Assembly (NCBI RefSeq): GCF_009914755.1
Contig: NC_060947.1
From: the human T2T-CHM13v2.0 reference genome, Homo sapiens
Direction: 5' to 3' (one strand)
Length of the DNA: 64,000 bases
Positions 57,486 to 64,000 of this stretch are shown piece after piece; the stretch's first letter is position 1, and every line of letters starts with the position of its first letter. Position numbers and translations under genes: made by a program. The notes below the pieces were generated by a model. The model did no database searches and was not told the origin of the DNA. It worked only from the letters and a program-made list of their open reading frames with translations.

Positions 57486-59829
57486 TCCTGATTAAGTCAG
57501 TTCACTTGTTGTCTCTGCCCCTATCCAATAGTGCTAGGTAACCTAGCTGTATAAGTTACATTGTGTGTGTCCATGTGTTCGGGGAATGTTGTTATACCGT
57601 AAGAAAAATGGCTGTGTTTTCTTGGTACTTATGCATGGTACTTTATGAGAGCTGGAGGCAATTATAACAGAAAATCAGATAAGCCAAATAAATTTAGTGA
57701 TGGGTAAAGTATTTGTTTAAAAGCTCATCAGAGTAAGAATGAGCCTATGAGCTCATCAGATTAAGTATGCAGACTAAATATGCATCTCTTATAAGAACTG
57801 TTTCTTGTTTCTCTTTCTAATAGTCTAATAATTCAAGAGCTTCTTGTCAATAATAGTTACAATTTCTGTGAAAAGAAGAAACATTGTTGGAGGTCAGTCA
57901 AGTGTACTCATCTTTACCATTTTCCTTGCCATGGTTGTTTGTATTTATTTAAAATCACATAATTAGCATAATTATTATGACCCAGGACAGTAAATGTTCA
58001 CTTACCTGCACATATTTTATATTAAACCTTTTTTAAAAAAAACTATTGGCTGATCTTTTTCAGCAACAGAACATTTGGTTCCATAGCAATTCAAATTATT
58101 TCTAAATGACTTACCAGATCATTAGAGATTATAGTTTACTCCTGGACAAAATTGATCCATTTAAATAGAAAATGATTTGTTCCCAGATTAACACAACCTT
58201 AGCATTTCAAGCTATTGACTAAAAATGTCAGTCTTTCACGTTGCAAATGAATAGACTTACACTTACCAAAATGATGAGGCACCAAAATGGTGAGATACCT
58301 AAGCAAATTGTGGTTGGTTTCTCATCAGTTTCCACAAATGGCATTTTTTAAACAAACAGATATAAAAACATTATTTACTTGCTATTCATTTGGCTTTGCT
58401 CATGTTCTTTACTTAATTTAAATTGGGATTAATTAGTTACTAGACATCCTTTTTATAATGACCTGCAATTTCTTCATCTTTAAAATACATGAGATAACAT
58501 AATATTTTAGTGTCTTAAATGCTAAAAAAGTGCTCATTCACAGACATAAGAAAATAAATTGTGTAAGGCAATATTAAAATATTAATTAGAAAGTTAAGAA
58601 CCTCAATAACATTTGGTTAGTACCTACACTTCCCAGTGGCAATAAGGATTTCAGAAATTGATGTTATCTTCATCAGGTTAATAATAATAATTTCTCTTTA
58701 CTCCAGACTGTATATATTATATAGTCTGTTTTTCATAATGAAGCCTTGAAATTATTTTGAATCTAGAAACTAAATATCAGAAAGATAGTTCAGCATCATT
58801 TAGCTGGTAGAGCTGGGATACAAACTCCAAAACCTGTGATCTATCCACTGTGAAGTTACATACAGCCTTTCAAAAAAAATACAATACTGGTTAGTGATGT
58901 ATTATGCAAGAAGTTTTCTGATCATTATTATAAGTTTATAACAACTTATATTTATATAATGCTTATGTAATAAGTCCTTTTATTCTACATTATCCTTACA
59001 CTACTTCAATTTCATTTGAAAATCATATCAAGCCTCAGAGATAGATACCAATATTACCAGTAGATACCAATGTTACCATGAAATAGCCAAGAAAATACAT
59101 GATGTTGCCAATATCACAGGTGAAGCAACAAAGCAAAAGTAAGATCCTGATCTTTTGTCTCAAAGGTATTCTACTACACCACCCTGAAAATGCACTATGG
59201 ATGCTGTCCTTACTTTGCCTGGGCTCTGACTGTCTGCACTAAGCATCCCTATTTTACAGATATTTCCATTATCCCATTTAGTTTCTGATACCTACTTTTT
59301 ATGGTGGGTGCTCACCTGACATTATGACATTACTCAGGCTTTGACAATCTTACCTGCACCACCATAGCTTCTCCCGGACTTTAGGCATGGCGCCCTGCCT
59401 TACTTTGCTCATTTAATGTCTTTACAATTGAATTGTCCTGAACCAGAAAAAGAAGAGGAAAGGCTCTTAAGGAATATGGTTCCAGAAAGAAGGGAAATAC
59501 ACAAAAACAGTTCCACTCTTACTCAGCTTACCCTTTGCAGTTTTCAAACTAGGAAATGCTTCTTAGTTTGCTGAAAACAAGTGGCAGTCTTACTGAACTA
59601 AGGGAGATGTAATTCAGAACTTGGGACTGTCTAAATGAATGGATACTAAAGGGGAAATTTTTCTAGAGAGGAGAACCACAGAACGGGCAACTCCTAATCT
59701 GTGTTTCTCATAAAAGACATAGTCGGCTCACTCCGAAACATCATAAAAGCAGGTAAAGAATTTAAAGAGCCAGCAGAAATTTGCAACTGGTAGGCTAAAG
59801 AGTAAAACAGTGATCTCAGCTGCTGTGTC

Positions 59830-59900
59830 CTTAAGTGATCCTGCCACCTCAGCCTCCCAAAGTGCCGGGATTACAGGTGTGAGCCACCTTACGAGCCTCC
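59830..59900 (-). mobile_element. Alu 5' fragment
   Basis: 'aagtgatcctgccacctcagcctcccaaagtgccgggattacaggtgtgagccacc'. Confidence 0.85.
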
Positions 59901-59919
59901 TCTTCTTTTTTTTTTTTTC

Positions 59920-61135
59920 TTCATATTCAGTATTGCCAAAGTATGTCAATTTTGTCTTTCCAAAGGATACACTTCCAGCTTTGTTGATTCTCTTCGTTGT
60001 TTCATATTTTCATATTTTGTTAATTTTAGCTCAGATCTTTATATTTTTTTCAAACTTTTAAATAAACGAGATTTAGCTCATGTATTTTCATTATTATTTT
60101 CTAATATACACATTCAGTATAACTTTTTCCCATGAAGTACAATGTTAGAGGCATTGCACAAGTTTTGTATCCATTTTAATTATCTTTTATCTAAGTATTT
60201 TGTAAGTGGTTTGAGTTTATTTAGAAGCAAGTGTTTTAGTGCATAGTTTCAAATTTTCATTTTTAAGTTATTTTTTAGTGATTGCTTTTTAATAAAAGGT
60301 AATGCTGGTTAGAAGATAGCTTATGTTTTATGACATTTATTTAATATTTATTGAAACTTGCTTCATGGCCTATCACATTATCAATTATTGGAAATCTCTC
60401 ACATGGGCTTAACAGAAAGGTGTGTTCTCTCCAATTGTCAAGTAAAGAGTGCTGTTAATACATTAAATCAAGTTTTTAAATGTTTTTTATTTTAAATTCT
60501 TTTAAATGTTTATTAATTTTGTCTTTCTCTCTTTGACTGCTCAATAATTAAGGGGGACATGTTGACATCTACCGCTGTGTTTGTAGATTTGCCAGTATTT
60601 GTCTTTATATCTACAATCTGTTCTTTACATATTGTGAGGCCTTTTTAAGTTCAAACAAATTTTGAATTATTATAACATTTATAATATCGTAATTTGTACC
60701 TTTATCATTGTATAGAGGCACTAATTATCAATAATAACATTTTTGTCTTGTGGTTTATTTTGTCTGATATTAATAGAGCTAATTTATTTTTAGTTTAGTA
60801 CTCATTTAATATATATTTTCCGTGCATCTATTTTCTATCTTTATGTATCTTTATATTTTATGATTTAATTTTTAAATTCAATCTGATAATTTCTATCTTT
60901 AACTTTTAAATCAAATCAATTAACATTACATTTGATTATGGGTAAAATTTGATTTATTTTTGCTACCAAAAGTTATTCTTTCTATTTACTTTGATTAATC
61001 TGTGCTTCATTTTTTCTCTCCTTTTTAGCTTTTTAATGAGCTGATCATTTTTTAAATCATTGTTTTATTTTTGCCAATTTGAAGGATATATAAATTTATT
61101 TTCTATTCTAGCTAATCTTGCCATCTTAAAATGTA
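59920..61135 (-). mobile_element. Old L1ME-type ORF2 fragment
   Basis: T-rich antisense L1 motifs ('ttattgaaacttgcttcatggcct', 'ttttgtctgatattaata'). Confidence 0.6.
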
Positions 61136-61139
61136 TACA

Positions 61140-61630
61140 TATGGTAGACATTTCTAGTGGCTAAATTAATTCTATTCTGTGTCCAGCTAAAAAGTCTGTT
61201 TTACTCAGGATCTCAGACAAGTAGGAGTGGTAATGCCACCCACTTTGGGTTAGCAAGTTTTAAGCTGCAGTCTACTGTGTGGGGCTTTCATAAAGCAACT
61301 GTCTTCCTGATTAAAAAAAAAGCGGGGTGGGAAGTTATCTGACTGGTATTTGCCTTTTCACTTTTACTCTTTACTCTTCTTCCTACCCAGAATATCAGGC
61401 AGAACAGTCATCTTGTAAGCATGAGACAGACTACCACACTCTAAGTTTGGCAGTGAAGGAAGTAAAACAGAGTCTGTGTTACTGGTGAATTTGCACATCT
61501 GTAGTATGGTCCTCAACTACCTTCCTCTGTACTCTAAGAGAATCCAGACTCAGAGACTCCATCTGAGAAACTCTAAGAGAATAAAAAATCATCTTGGATT
61601 TTTTTTTCTATTACATACAGCTTCTAATAG
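61140..61630 (+). mobile_element. Old MaLR LTR (MLT1J/K-like)
   Basis: 'gtcatcttgtaagcatgag' and 3' 'ttacatacagc'; weak match. Confidence 0.4.
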
Positions 61631-62796
61631 TTAAAGATTCTAAAATCACATATTCTTTTCTCAAGCAGTAGAAACACCTTAGAGTGCTTTAATTCTAATC
61701 ATCTCAGTAACATTTTACTTGTTATTTCTGCCCAGTATTTTAATCCTGCACGGAGCCTATATCAGTGTCCCAATCAGAGATAATCATAAACAACATTTCC
61801 TCTATACATGCCCTCCATAAAGAACATTTCCTTTAAGAGATAGTCCCAGGGTGACACTTGCCCCTGGGGATTCTGCCCTCCCAGGAAACTGTGACACCAG
61901 ATGTGCAGATATCAACATATGAACACAGGAAACATGAAAAAGGAAAGAAATGTGGCACCTCCAAAGAAACACAATAATTCTCTAGTAACAGATCCTGATA
62001 AAAAAGAAATTCATGAAATCCTCAAAACAGAATTCAAATTATTGGTTCTAAATAAGCTCAGTGAAATACAAGTTAATTCTAAAAATTGATAGAAAGGGAT
62101 CAGATAAACAATTCAGGATATGAATAAGAAATTTACCAAGGAGATACATATCATCAAAAAGGGCAAAACAGAAATTCTGGAACCACAGAATTCATTGAAT
62201 GAAATACAAAGTATGTTTGAAAGCTTCAGCAATAGACTAAATCAAACAGAAGAAAGAACCTTAGAAATTGAAGATAGGTCTTTTGCAAGAAGCCAGTCAG
62301 AAAAAATAAAGAAAAAATAATTTTAAAAGAATGAGTAAAGGTTGTGTGACATATGGGACACCACAAAGTGACCAAATATTCCAATTATCAAGATCCCAGA
62401 AGGCAATGAGCAAACAATAAGGTTAGAAAACCTATTTTTAGAAAAAGAATAGGTGAAAACTTCTCAAGTCTGGCAAGAGATTTACACATCTAGATACAAG
62501 AAGCTCTGAGATCCACAAACAGATAAAATGCAAAAAAGGTTTTCTTCACAGTGCATAATAGTCAATCTGCCAAAAGTCAAAGACAAAGAGATTACACTAA
62601 AAACAGCAATATATATATTTTTAGCTATGACGAAATTCCCATCAGACTAAATCAGATTTCTCTGCAGAAACATTACAAGCCAAGAGGAGAATGGGATGAT
62701 ATTTTAAAAGTGCTGAAAGTAAAACACTGAGAGCCAAAGATACTCTGTCCAGAAAAATTATCCTTCATAAATGAAGGGAAAATAAAGTATTTTCCA

Positions 62797-63760
<964 letters not shown>

Positions 63761-64000
63761 TCCAGATAAGCAAAAGCTGCGGAAATTCCTCATCACTACA
63801 CTGGCCCTACAAGGAATACTCAAGGGAGCTCTAAACATGGAAGCAAAAGGATGCCGTTTACCATGATGGAAACACACGCAAGTATCAAACTCACAGGAAA
63901 AACCAACACACAAATGAGAAAGAGAAAGGTCTTAAGTGGTACCACTACAAGAAACCACTAAAGTGCAGTGACAAATAATAACAGAAAAAGAAAGGAAAAA

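Noticed and set aside
58704-58728. Short hairpin cagactgtata/tatatagtctg
   Set aside because: 10/11 AT-rich arms; expected by chance in 64 kb.

Overview
Primate (human-like), AT-rich, gene-poor genomic DNA dominated by interspersed repeats: several nested L1s, MaLR LTR elements (THE1, MST, MLT1), about 11 Alus, L2/MIR relics and DNA-transposon fossils. No intact protein-coding gene is supported; nearly all listed ORFs are Alu-, L1- or MaLR-derived or are chance ORFs. The one gene-derived feature is a decayed ARL5A processed pseudogene (~25.6-28.3 kb) inserted in an L1. The most unusual structure is a 117-bp near-perfect inverted duplication (62709-62958) formed at the 5' junction of a truncated Alu inside an LTR10-like LTR. 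Also notable are an old ~330-bp direct duplication (50.5/53.0 kb), a three-LTR MST provirus, a candidate minus-strand exon and a candidate enhancer. I found no evidence for a new multi-gene system. Repeat family names come from recalled consensus motifs, not a database search, and boundaries without a stated TSD are approximate.
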